The position numbers and the translations under genes were made by a program. Positions 24,937 to 37,753 of a DNA stretch of 64,000 bases are shown in pieces; positions within the stretch are counted from its first letter, which is position 1; each line of letters opens with the position of its first letter. The DNA is from Octopus sinensis (lineage: Eukaryota), in assembly GCF_006345805.1 (NCBI RefSeq), contig NC_043001.1, positions 59,644,001-59,708,000 of the forward strand, given 5' to 3'. Under the pieces are notes generated by a model that was not told the origin of the DNA, did not search any database, and was given only the letters and a program-made list of their open reading frames with translations.

Positions 24937-27260
24937 TATGAACTCGGCTAAGAACCGTGCTCAATTGAAGTCAGTTTAACGTTTTAAGGTCTCCGTATTC
25001 TTTTCTGTATATACCTATATTTCTCTCTTACATGTCGTACATCCTCAACAAAGTCTTCAACACCTCTAGGAAACCTTTCTGAGAAAAACCCGTCCCATTT
25101 CTAAATATGCCTCTGGGATTCAAGGGTAGCTGGTTGACTGCCTTGCTACAACCGTGTTGACCAACTTTTGAATAATGAATATTTTCTCATTTTTTTTATT
25201 ATCTCTCCCTCTATAAGTATGTGTGTGTGTTTGTGTGTTTATGCGTCTGTCAGTGTCTACGTGCGCACGTGCGTCTTTGATACGAACACTAATGCTGACA
25301 ATATCTACTAGAATGGAGTCATCACTGATTGTACGAATAGTATTATAGAATATCAAATAAAAATTACCAACAGCTATAGCAATAAAAGTACTAACAAAAG
25401 AGTACCAGCAACAATACTAACAAGAACATTGGTAAGTTATTTACCTTCAACATCATTATCAACAACATCATTAAAAGTACGAGCAGTTCCACTAACAGGG
25501 AGAATTCATCAGCAACGCCAGCAATAACAACAGTATTACTTTCGGACACAAGTTTAAAGCACTAGTTGATGAGTCAAGAGTATAGTTCTTTAAGTTGAAT
25601 CGTAGGTACTTGGCTTTCATGTATTTCAGTAAGTAGTAATAGATAAAAGATAATTTTGAACTTCTGCGATTTCAAAACTGACTTTCCAGGAATGTTATTC
25701 AATACGGTACGTTAAATTTTTCAGCATACTAAGAGGAACATGCTAATAATAGTAACTGCACCAACTGAGGCAATAAAGAATTCATTGCGATAAGACAAAT
25801 AGCAACACCAATTATATGGCAAACGGAACAGGAAACGTAAACTCAATTAAAATCGTTGCAATAATTCTCATACTATAAGCCTTTTATTATACTACTTATA
25901 CTATATTACTTGCCTTAGTGAAATGCTTAACTATGTCAGTGGAAACATAGCTGCAATAATATTATGGATCTATATGAACTATAACATAGTATAGACAGTA
26001 TTGATTGAAACTGTGTCATAGAAAGTTGCAATGGAATAGAAATGGTGCATTGTCTGAACGGACTACACACCATTTTAACTCACTTGTTATGCCTAGTTCA
26101 CTGTTTCATTAAACGTGGCAATGTTCGCATACTAGATTCATATACTAGATGTTATTAGAATATATTAACAGAAAAAATTTCTAAAAATTACTTGATTCCT
26201 CTTGACCAATAGTTACAAAGACTGCCAGGGGTTTGCTTCAAAGTGGATATGCAAATACAGTATATTGTGGAAAGATGATTTACACAAAGGCACATATCAT
26301 AACATAAAAAATACCTATTTTGTTGCAAGAATATTAAACTAAAAATTAATGCTGCTGCAGTCTTTCATCTGAGATCACACTCAAAATGTTTCGTTGGTGG
26401 GTGGTTCTCGGGAATTCTCAATTCAGTTTCAACTTTATAAGGAAAATGCTCTTTTCTTCTTAGCGCACACAACAGAGAATGATCAGACAATTACACTTAT
26501 GTTTTTCTTCGCATTTTGAAAGTATTTACATGTACTTCATCGTACCACATATGTAGCACTTCCTTAATTTCATAAAATACAAAAATATTTCATGGTACTT
26601 CTAGACACATGAAGTCTCATTACATCATGTATGCGTAAAGGAAGATCATTAAATATTAAGCTATGATAACAAAAGTTGAAAAGTTTTGTTTAATAATCAT
26701 TGGGACTGGTATTCTAAACATTAAGCAACCATAATTAATCAATTCAGCATACAAATTTCAAGTGAATGTAAAGTTTCTGACACAGTACAGATACGCAGTC
26801 AAATCATGGGAAATTTTCAAAATATAATTATTTCGGTAAATGAAATATCATGGCCTCACTTACCTAACTTTCACAAATTTACCAAAGAAAAGAATCTGGT
26901 AAATTTATTTAATTGAAACAATATACTGCTAAGGACGTCTATAAGTTGTTTGATGCTTTTGATGATAATTCGAAAGTTTAAAGGAAGCTGTCAATCTCCT
27001 TAGCGTTAAGATTATAGGGTAAACAGCAAATCTAAATATACGTGCATCGTCTAAATTTCCAGCCCAATTACTCTCATTATAGTAAGAGTTAAATAAATAA
27101 TATTAGTTCCTAATTCCTAATGTAGCCGAGTGTTGAGTAGTTTAGAAGCGGTTACACTCCACACATTTATTTCCATGGAGAAAAAAAGTTACATTTTATA
27201 TAGCTGCAATATGTCACCTCATAGGTTACAAACAAATATTTACTTATCATTTTAATATTT

Positions 27261-27905
27261 TTTAAGCGCTTGTGTATCCCTTTCAATATTACAGGAATTT
27301 ATATTGAAGTAAAATATACATATTGATAAACATTTTCTTATAGCGCGACAAAATTGTAAAACATATAATTGTTAGGCCAGTTTTCATATCGCAGAAGTTC
27401 AAAATTACCTTTTATCTATCACTAATTACTGAAATACATCTCTTAACTAAATCAGCCGGTTACAAGAAAACTAAGGAAGCAATTTTGTGTTATAGAGGGT
27501 TTGTTTAGTGAATAGTTCGTCGCACTGCAGTTCAAAGTTATTATAAAATAATCTTCTATTCTAGCTCCATGGTTTGATTTTCTTGAGAAGTGCCTACGTA
27601 TTGAATTTGTCATTCTGTCAAATAATTTCCTTAATAAGGCTTCAGGTTCACAGCGTTATATAGCATACTTTTTTAGAATTACAGTAAATCATGTTTTCAA
27701 AATCTTTATGCTAAACATCAAGCCGTCAAAGAATTCTGGAAAAATTACATTATGAAAGAAATAACCCTGTGCTTTTAGACGTATTTTAAGCGCTTATGTA
27801 TCCCTTTCAATATTCCAGGAACTTACATTGAATTAAAATTTACATATTGATAAACATTTTTTTATAGCGCGACAAAATTCTAAAACATTAAAATTGGTAG
27901 GCCAG
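27261..27905. repeat. About 120-bp direct repeat pair, spacing about 524 bp
   Basis: TTTAAGCGCTTrTGTATCCCTTTCAATATT...TATAGCGCGACAAAATT...TAGGCCAG at 27261-27380 and 27785-27905. Confidence 0.85.
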
Positions 27906-30179
27906 ATATTGTAATTCTCAGAAAAAGATGTCATAAAAAGTAAATATGAAGTAGTGAAAATCTACTTCACCATCGCATTCAAAGTCATAGCTACAAACAT
28001 ATATAGACGTACACGCACACAGACACAAATAAAAGTTATATCATATGTATATTTGTACATTTATGTGTGCGCGCGTGTATGTAATTATAATTTTGCATTC
28101 ATTCTAACAACCACCCTATATATAATTTTCTTGCAAAAGTAATTTCACTCAGCGAGTTTGAAATATAATATCCAAAATCCAGTTTCATTGATTTCTTGTA
28201 TTGCACTTTTCGCCAGACTGATCAGTCGCACGTCCATGCTTGGCCATAAATTTTAAATCATATTAAAACTTAGAATTTCTATATGGGACCACCATGGTAA
28301 TTATTTCATTTCATCAATGCTCGACCAGCAATGAGTAATCAAGGTATTTTAATCCTCTACATGCAATAATATAATATGTTGGGGTGATTTCATTTTAGTT
28401 TCCGCGGAGCAAGTGTTAAATTTTTAATTATCGCCACGTTGCCAAGATAGCTAACTGAACATTAAAATGCATGAATTCATTCGATTATATTAAATCCTAC
28501 TCCAGAAATAAAGGAAATGCTAGTGAATATCATATTCCTATTTCTATATACATATACACGTACACATATTAATGTTTCGGATGTAGCGATCTAAATAATT
28601 AATAATATACAATAAATTGACTGTTAAAAGAAATATAAAATATACCTAACTCTATGCAATGCTGCAAATCTCACAGGGATACACGCATTCCGCACAATCA
28701 TTAACCAAGGATCATGTATTAATATGCATTTATGCATAAAATATCCGTTACTTTTCGTATCATGCTTCTAGCTGTTATTTCTTTTCAGGAAACACAGCAT
28801 TGGTATCTTTTTGAAAATCGTAACTACTTGTATAGATAAGTTAAAGTGCTGGTACTTGGAAATATCGTAGTTTACGTCCCTTTACTCCTAAAATAATATA
28901 TAAATGTATATAAATAGTCGAAACTAAAAACTAATGCATATTATAACTTGTGAAAATATCTTTAAATGAATCGCCGTTCAATATGATTAGATCGGAGTTT
29001 TTCCATGGGTCACTCTGATTATTTTATTCTTATCCTTGAGCATAATATACATATAGTTCTAATTTGGGATTTACATCTTTTTCTCCACCTTTCCTCATAT
29101 ATACATAATTGTTGCTATCTTTAGCCACAAAACAACACTGTTTGTATAGACATGTCTTTAAAAGCCTTCTTACTGGGGCCATAATATTTTTAGATTAATA
29201 TCTATCAAAATATGTCTTCTAATGTATTCTTCATTTTTAAACGAAAGAGTATCATCTGTGGAAGGTTAAAGATGAGCGAACAGTTATGATGAGGCTTTCA
29301 CATGCTCTTTCATAATTGTACTGGTGCAACCTTCGTTTTGTTTTCATTTCCGTTGACATTTATTTGTCAACAAGTGATATTGAATGCAACCAGGAATATA
29401 ATTACCCTGAGAAAGCAATTAGAGTATTCAACCATGCTCAACATAACAGGTGTAATTTAATATATTATGAATGGTTTACGAAAATTTTCTGCTGAAATGT
29501 TCCCAGCACCGATGGTTGATTTATTAAATATACCGAACGTTCATTTAGAATTCATGTTGCATTTATAGAAACTGTCTGGCCGTTTCCATTGTTACAGCCG
29601 AAATTCCATATTTCCATTCATATTGCATCATTGCAGAAAACCTACTTTGCAATCAGGGCCACCCTCCTTAAATGCATAAATTTTGACGTCAACAGTTGTA
29701 TTTGGTTTATCATCTGCTCTGCAGCGTTTTACGTCCATTACCTCAGAGCAGTACATGTAACTGATAAGTTACAGGGAATGACGCAGTTTTTTCCGGTCAA
29801 GCAGAATAAAATATATTTATCGCAATGATCGAAACAAATAGTAGTGTCAGAAAAATCTCTAATTAATCTACGAAATATATATTTACTAACTCCAGAAAAA
29901 AGGTATAGCACATATATACAGTTGTATAATATAATGAAAATAGAGAGTGTGAATACAGCAAAATCAATTTATTTCCATAACTGTCGATTACATGAGGCAA
30001 ACGATTGTTTCAATATCCACCTTCATTCATTTTACAATTAACAATTGCATTATAAATTCAAAAGGTAGAGATTTCTTCAAGGCTAAAATCGACATTTACA
30101 TCCTAATAGATTGAGTGTTCTGTATAAACTTAGATAGCAGTATTGAGTTGTCTATTTCTGCAATATTCAAATAAGGAAG

Positions 30180-30848
30180 GTGGTGAGCTGGCAGAAACTT
30201 TAGCACGCTAGGGGAAATGCATAGTGGTATTTTGTCTATCTTTACGTTGTTCTGAGTTCAAATTCCACCGAGGTCGACTTTGCCTTTCATCCTTTCGGCG
30301 TCGATAAATTAAGTACCAGTTACGGACTGGGGCCGATATAATCGACGAAATCCCTTTGTCCTTGTTTGTCCCCTCTATGTTTAGCCATAAATTAAGTACC
30401 AGTTACGCAATGAGGTCGATGTAATCGACTTAAACCTTTGTCTGTCCTTGTTTGTTCTCTCTGTGTTTAGCCCCTTGTGGGTAGTAAAGAAATAGGTATT
30501 TTGTCTGCCGCTACGTTCTGAGTTCAAATTCCGCCGAAGTCGACTTTGCATTTTATCCTTTCGGGGTCGATTAAATAAGTACCAGTTACGCACTGGGGTC
30601 GATATAATCAACTTAGTCCGTTTGTCTGCCCTTGTTTGTCCCTTCTGTATTGAGGTCCTTGTGGGTAGTAAAGAAATAGGTATTTCGTCTGCCGTTACGT
30701 TCTGAGTTATAATTCCGCCGAGGTCAACTTTGCCTTTCATCCGTTCGGGGTCGATAAATTAAGTACCAGTTGCGTCCTGGGGTCGATATAATCGACTGAC
30801 CCCATCCCCCAAAATTTCGGGCCTTGTGCCTAGAGTAGAAAAGAATAA
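30180..30848 (+). mobile_element. SINE family B with internal tandem amplification (about 183-bp unit)
   Basis: One head and one tail, but the AAGTACCAGTT motif recurs at about 30304, 30387, 30571 and 30754. The B-box-like TGAGTTCAAATTCC segment occurs three times. Confidence 0.85.
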
Positions 30849-30858
30849 TGAAATATGC

Positions 30859-31070
30859 GAGGCGACGAGCCGGCAATCGTTAACGCACCGGATAGCATGC
30901 TTTGCAGCAATGTGTCTGTCTTTACATTCTGAGTTTAAATTCCACGGAGGTCGGCTTTGTCTTTCTTCATTTTAGGATCAATAATAAAGTGAGTGCCAGT
31001 TGACTGGAGTCGATGTAATCATTTTACCCCCTTCTCGAAATATCTGGCCTTCTGTCAAAATTTGAAACCG
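30859..31070 (+). mobile_element. SINE family B, diverged second copy
   Basis: GGCGACGAGCCGGCAATCGTTAAC head and TTCTGAGTTTAAATTCCACGGAGGTCGGCTTTG body. Confidence 0.7.
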
Positions 31071-31317
31071 CTACTTAAATATGAATGCACACACCAATAC
31101 ACAACATATATGTGTGATGGCCGTGGAATATTTTCAGAGGAAGACCTCAAAGCTATTGAAGCATATTCATGTATACAGATACATGGGTATATTTTGAGTA
31201 TGAATGTATGTGTGTATATGTCATATATGTATGTACATACGCAAACACACATATCAAGGCGGTGCTCCAGCATGGCCGCAGTCAAATGACTGAAACAAGT
31301 AAAAGAATAAAAAAATA

Positions 31318-31472
31318 TAGCCACAAGAAAGACATCTTTTCCAGCTGGCTACCAACACACAACTACGTCCTTATATCTTTAAGGCTGAGTGGGGTCATTA
31401 GCTCCCTTGTTCGAGGTATACGGACGCAGTTGTGCGTCAGTAGCCAGCTGAAAAGGTTGCTTTCTTGTGGCT
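31318..31472. repeat. 155-bp hairpin / mini-MITE
   Basis: TAGCCACAAGAAAGACATCTTTTCCAGCTGGCTAC...CAACTACGTCCTTATA pairs with TATACGGACGCAGTTG...GTAGCCAGCTGAAAAGGTTGCTTTCTTGTGGCTA; arms about 60 bp, TA at both ends. Confidence 0.8.
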
Positions 31473-31595
31473 AAAAAGGGTCGTAATATCGTCCTAATCA
31501 GGACTGCCACTTTTCGTTGGCAAATAGATTTTACTCTGTAGAACTTTAATCGCTTACTTTTTGCTCAGATATTTAAAAATAACTATTTTCCTCTT

Positions 31596-31690
<95 letters not shown>

Positions 31691-32220
31691 CACACAATAA
31701 TCATATACCTGAGTATATAAAAGTATATGTGTGTAACTAAGTGCGTATGAAATAAAAGATACAAAAATTACGAAACTGTCATGGTTGAGTGCATTTTATC
31801 ATTTTACCTACCATCAAGGCAAATAGCTTCAACCCTTTTGGTGCTGATATTCCATATAATCTATTTTCTATATCATAGAAATCTCTCTAAACCTGTATAT
31901 TCCTCAATTAATTTGAAACAAAATCATAGATCTATAATCATGGAAACAGTGTATTAGTCGTTAAATAAGAGTCACTAGCAGAACTGTTGAGAAATAGCCC
32001 TCCGTAGAAGCTATCATCATTTAGCAGCCAACACGCGTCGAAAACTACCGAATTCACCAAATAACATAAATAAGCCTTACTGCGAACACGCTGTTTCAAA
32101 GAACCAACTATCTAAGAGATCAGGTGTGATATTCTTACTTTAGTAAATGTTAAAAAATGCGGTAGTGTAGTGATCTAATAATGTGTGTATGTGTGTGTGA
32201 AAGAGAGCGAGAGAAAGAGA

Positions 32221-32272
<52 letters not shown>

Positions 32273-32952
32273 TTGTAGGCCAAAGAAGGCTATGATTTCA
32301 AGAACAACAAAGGAACATTCACTGAACATGACAGATATAAGTTTCATCAGATTCTAAGATCCCACTCGAAACAGTGTGATTTGATGTAACCTCTGAAGGA
32401 ACCTGAAAATGTCGAAAGCTTTAAATTTATAATCTATGTCTTGATAGAAACGCTAAATTTACTGCTTTTAAAATTCACCATATACATATAATTTCATGGC
32501 ATAGTTTCGTCCTAAATCTGCTCTCTCTCACTCTCTCTCTCTCTTAGGTGGAAATTAGTTACTAGAGCCCCTGGAACCCCTGTCTGCCTAACCTGGCCAG
32601 GGAATTTGCTAGAAACCCAATAAGGCAAACATCATATTCGCAAAAGTCAAGAAAATATATCTGCCACAGAGTCATTGGTTGCCTACTAATAATGTGCGGC
32701 AATAAGAAATGGTACATAAGATGTAGGAAGAATGCAATATATGATTACTGAAAAAACTCAGCAATATTCCGTGTTACTGGACAAAACGTCAGTCATAGTC
32801 ACTGAAGCTGCAGACCAAATGGGCTTGACAGATAAAGTTGTCAGATGTCCGGTCACTCAGGCCGGAGGAGAAGTGGTTACACTCTAACCGAAAAATTACT
32901 AAAAACAGCAAAATGTCCTTCGTTAGATTAGTATAATAAATACTTACTTCCG

Positions 32953-33023
<71 letters not shown>

Positions 33024-33802
33024 TCCGTTACCCATATATATATATTTTTTGTGAGTGTGTGTGTTTCTGTATATTTATGTGTAAATAATGTTAGCGCACT
33101 CCTGTTCCCGGAGAGAAGCAAACATAGGCGCGCGTATGCGCATACTAGCACATTATACACACGCTTCCACGGACGCATATATTCATATACAATACATACA
33201 TATATATGTGTGTGTATGAAGAGAGATACACACGCGCGAACACGCACACACACACACACACAGAGGCACACACACACACAGGCACACACACACAGACGCA
33301 CATACCATCACATGCATATACACAAGTTTATATGCCTGTTCTTTTATCTGCATACTTAGCTAGCGATATAGCATAAATAAGTTGGAACCAGTAACAAAAC
33401 CCCTTCTGTTTTCTTCTTCACTACATCCACTTCATCTTACATCAGCAAAAATAACTTCCAAGACAGATCTTTTGTAAATTTTACTGTTATTAGTCTTAAC
33501 TTCATATTTATTTTATACTCTTAACTACATTAATGTTAGCTTTCCGCTCACCTAGTCAGAATCGTATTTCAACCATACCAGTTGAATGTCTTCTGCTCTT
33601 TGATATTAATTGAAATTGATGAAGTGTAACGCATTACCATCTTCCTTTTCGTATCAACTTCAATTTGTGTGGTCCAAATTGGTACTATATTACTACAGAT
33701 ATAACCACAACAAGAAACCACGCGGTAAGGTAATATTCCTTGATGAAAAAGCAAATTCTTCTGCCCAGATAACAATTTTGCTTTCGTTACTAATGCAGAA
33801 AA

Positions 33803-33841
33803 TATGAGAACGTTTCGGGCAGCTATCATTTTCAGCTCATA
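33803..33841 (-). ncRNA. Decayed minimal hammerhead motif
   Basis: UAUGAG-CUGAAAA-(12 nt)-GAAA-CG-UU-CUCAUA. Stem I is 6 bp and stem III is the ACGU palindrome, but G8 is A and stem II is lost. Confidence 0.45.
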
Positions 33842-34295
33842 ATAAAACTAAGGTTGTACTGTGTTGAGTTCAGCATATGAAGATTACATCTACACCTGTT
33901 AAATTATTTCACTTTGGTTGCTTTGATGAGAGCAAGATTTCCAGCTGATAAGTTGAAGAAGCCACATGAAGAGACATATTTACAAAGGAGTATCCCGTGT
34001 TTGAGAATTTCATAGATACATTTTGCATTGACTGGAATTATATGTGCTATATTTATGGACGTCACTTAATTTTTTTCTGTAAAAATAAGCGAATCATATT
34101 TCTTGCCATAGAAAGCTGAAAGTACAACAGTAATAACATACACATACTGAAATATTGACACCCACCACACACACACACAGAGGCATCTATACTATCACTA
34201 TAGATACGTGTTGTGTGCATATGTATACATATCTATATATATATACATACACACCCCATCCCATACATTCATAGATGTATATATATATATATATA

Positions 34296-34365
<70 letters not shown>

Positions 34366-34366
34366 G

Positions 34367-34428
<62 letters not shown>

Positions 34429-34560
34429 CCCCCCATTCCATACATAAATACATGCATATATACATACATATATGCATATACATACACATAGCTAGATAGA
34501 TAGATAGATCGCTAGCCACTCAACTTTTTTTCCTTTCTCTCCCTGTTTATTTCTGCGTTC

Positions 34561-34596
34561 CTTTCAATCGAAGAGCGTAGGCTCGAAACGTAAATG
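34561..34596 (+). ncRNA. Decayed minimal hammerhead motif in a pLTR-like repeat
   Basis: CUUU-CAAUCGA-A-GAGC GUAG GCUC-GAAA-CG-UA-AAUG. Same family as 48009-48042; both are followed by CCCGAGnGTyAAACT. Confidence 0.55.
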
Positions 34597-35528
34597 GCTC
34601 TCTCACTTCCCGAGGGTTAAACTATTATATATATATAATTTTTTTGTAAACATCCTGCATTTTTTCTTGTGCCTATATAGACGTGTATATAGATTCATTT
34701 CTACGCGTGTGTGAATATGTATGAGTGGGCGGGTATGTATGTATATAGATGTGTGCGTGTGTGCGGGCATAAGAATGCATATATATAGACGTTTTTACTC
34801 AGTATTTTACAGTGTTTTCGGTTTTTTGGGCGTATGTATAATCCATTTTTTGTGTATGCGTGTGTATGTGTATGCGTATATAAACATGTGCGAGTATGTA
34901 CATATATGGGCGTGTGTGAGTGTGTGCGTGGATAAGGGCATGTCCGTATACGAACGTGGTTTTACGCTTTGTATACTTCCTTATGTTTTTTCTATTGTGT
35001 TGCTTTTTTTCTGTATTGTTAACTTTGACCATGTTTTTTTCTTGTGCTTTTGCGTATATAGACGTATGTATGAACTTTTACGGTGCACGTGTGTGTGTAT
35101 AAGTTTGTATATATATACGTATACATTTGGTGAAAAATGCGTGTGAAGATGTGTACGTTTTCATAGTGACGTATACGTACGCACGTAGGTGCGCGAGTGC
35201 ACATGTGTGCGTATGAGTAGGCATGCTTACGTGTTTACTATGAACTTTTAACCTTATTTTAATTAGCGGTCATTGGATTAGCGCTTTTAAATAAGTAGCG
35301 GAATTATAACACAGTAATTTCCCTTTGTATGACGGTCTGTTTTCATAGCGTTTTTCAGATGGCCAGATAACCGAAGAGATGGTGTTGTGGATTTCTACCT
35401 CGGCATCCGAAACTCAGAGTTTTATCTTGGCTATTGAATAATTGTCACATATTATTTTACAGATAAATTCCCTCTATTTACATAATATTGAGGTCTCTTT
35501 CTTTTGTTATCTTACCGTTTTTACCAAT

Positions 35529-35560
<32 letters not shown>

Positions 35561-35569
35561 ACACATACT

Positions 35570-35601
<32 letters not shown>

Positions 35602-35621
35602 ATATGCATATATATATATAT

Positions 35622-35905
35622 CGAATCCCGGACCGGGCTGCGTGTTGTGTTCTTGAGCAAGACACTTTATTTCACGTTGCTCCAGTTCACTCAGCTGTAG
35701 AAATGAATTGCGACGTCACAGGTGCCAAGCTGTATCGGCCCTTGCCTTTCCCTTGGACAACATCGTGACGTGGAGAGGGGAGGCCGGTATGCATGGACCA
35801 CTGCTGGTCTTCCATAAAAAAACAACCTTGCCCAGACTTGTTCCTCAGAGGGTAACTCCCTAGGTGCAAACCCATGGTCAGTGTCTGTCCGAAGGGGGTA
35901 ATAAT
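35622..35905 (+). mobile_element. 5'-truncated SINE, family C
   Basis: B-box-like CGAATCCCGG followed by GTGTTCTTGAGCAAGACACTTTATTTCACGTTGCTCCAGTTCACTCAGCTG, resembling conserved central SINE domains. Confidence 0.6.
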
Positions 35906-35976
35906 TCACAAATATATATATATATATATATATATACGAAAGAAGGTTTGAAAATGCATTTTTAAAAGGTATCTAT

Positions 35977-36021
35977 TTACTTTACCGGTTTCACTCTTTA
36001 CAAAAAGATTCTCAAAAGTAA
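35977..36021 (-). ncRNA. Decayed minimal hammerhead in the Penelope 3' pLTR
   Basis: UUACUU-UUGAGAA-UCUUU uugu AAAGA gu-GAAA-CCGG-UA-AAGUAA. Stems I and II and palindromic stem III are present; the core has two deviations. Confidence 0.6.
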
Positions 36022-36499
36022 CATGTAAAAGTTTGGTTGTGTTAATTATGGGCTGTCACAAAATGCTACAATACATATATACAGTCTTTTGTAACATTGG
36101 CTGTCACAAAATACTACAATACATATATACATTCTTTAGTAATAAGAACATGTTAAGAACATAAAAAAGTTTAACAAGATCATGAAAATATTGGGCACAA
36201 AAGATTACAACATATATATACATTCTCAAGGCAATGTTAAATAGTTTCTAGAAGGAATTATTAAAAATTTCAGTGGAATATTGGTATACACGCCTAGAAT
36301 ATTATGAGTTAAAAAAACATTACACTATAGTTCAAACTGACCTGGTTCACCATGTTATCGTAAAATACTATTTACTATTTCAAGAGACACTGTAGGTGTG
36401 TTTGGGTGGGGAGATTAAGAGTAATGTAGAGCTGAAAAGAATTTCTTCTTTTTGTCTCTCTTTCACGCATCAATGATTGGGGGGGGGGTTTAGAGGTCA

Positions 36500-37500
36500 G
36501 AATGGTGCGAGTGTGTGTGTGTCTTTGTGTGTGTGTATATACATGGTGTAAATAGATGTGTCTGTGTGTTTTTAAAATTTGGTAGGATGGTGTGTGTATA
36601 TGTGTGCCCGTTTGTCAACCGTGTGTGTGATTGTCTTGGTGTTGTGTGTGTGTGTATGCATGTGCGTCATTGGCATTTGTCATGGTACTGTGTGTGTGCA
36701 TGTGTGTGTATATGCGTGTCTGTATGGAAGTCAGAATGGTGTGAGTGTGTGTGTCTTTGTGTGTGTGTATATATGTATACATGTGTTTGTGTGTGTGCGT
36801 GGGCTGTTTTTGATTGGGCCCAGGGTCCTTGTGGTGTAAATAGATGTACGTTTTTAATATTTGGTAGGATGGTGTGTGTATGTGTGTGCGCGTTTGTCAA
36901 CCGTGTGTGTAATTATCTTGCTGTTGTGTGTGTAGTATGTGTGTGATTGGCATTTGTCATGGTGCTGTGTGTGTGCATGTGTGTGTCTTTGTGTGTGTAT
37001 ATATGTGTACATGTGTTTGTGTGTGGGGGCTGTTTTTGATTGGTCCCAGGGCCCTTGTGGTGTAAATAGATGTTTTTTAAATTTGGTAGGGTGGTGTGTG
37101 TATATGTGTGCCCGTTTGTCAACCATGTGTGTGATTGTCTTGGTGTTGTGTGTGAGTATGTATGTGTGTGTATGTATGTGTGTGTGTATGTATGTGTGTG
37201 TATGTATGTGTGTGTGTATGTATGCGTGTGTATGTATGCGCTTGATTGGCATTTGTCATGGTGCTGTGTGTGTGCATGTGTGTATATGTGTCTGTATGGA
37301 GGTCAGAATGGTGTGAGTGTGTGTGCTTTTGTGTGTGTGTATATATGTATACATGTGTTTGTGTGTGTGTGTGGGGCTGTTTTGATTGGTTCCAGGGTCC
37401 ATTGTGGTGTAATTAGATGTGTTTTTTAAAAATTTGGTAGGATGGTGTGTGTATATGTGTGCCCGTTTGTGTGTGTGTGTATGGTGTGGTTAATGTTTGT
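36500..37500. repeat. Four GT-rich tandem units of about 230-345 bp in the Penelope 3' region
   Basis: GGTGTAAwTAGATG...TTTGGTAGGrTGGTG recurs at about 36545, 36833, 37060 and 37405. Confidence 0.85.
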
Positions 37501-37753
37501 TAGTGTGTTGCATGTGCGCTCGTGTGTGTATGTGTTTGTTCGTATGTGTATGTGTTTGTTCGTATGTGTGTCCATGTCTGTTGGGTGTATCTGTGTGGCG
37601 TGTGTGTGTATGCGTTTTATGTGTGTTGATATTGTGTATGTGTTTGTGTGTGTGCGTATATATGGTGCGAGTGTGTGTGTCTTTGTGAGTGATTTTGTAT
37701 ATCTGTATGTGTTTCTGTGCGTGTTTGTTTTGGATGTGTGCTTGGGGCGTATG

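Noticed and set aside
32390-32430. CTGAAGG...GAAAGCTT motif
   Set aside because: A9 is altered and there is no stem I pairing.
32740-32830. YSVLLDKTSV resembling a hAT transposase motif
   Set aside because: Isolated short match with no other motifs or TIRs.
33569-33829. 86-aa minus-strand ORF near an AG|GTGAG donor
   Set aside because: All three frames stop at or before the donor; no homology recognised.
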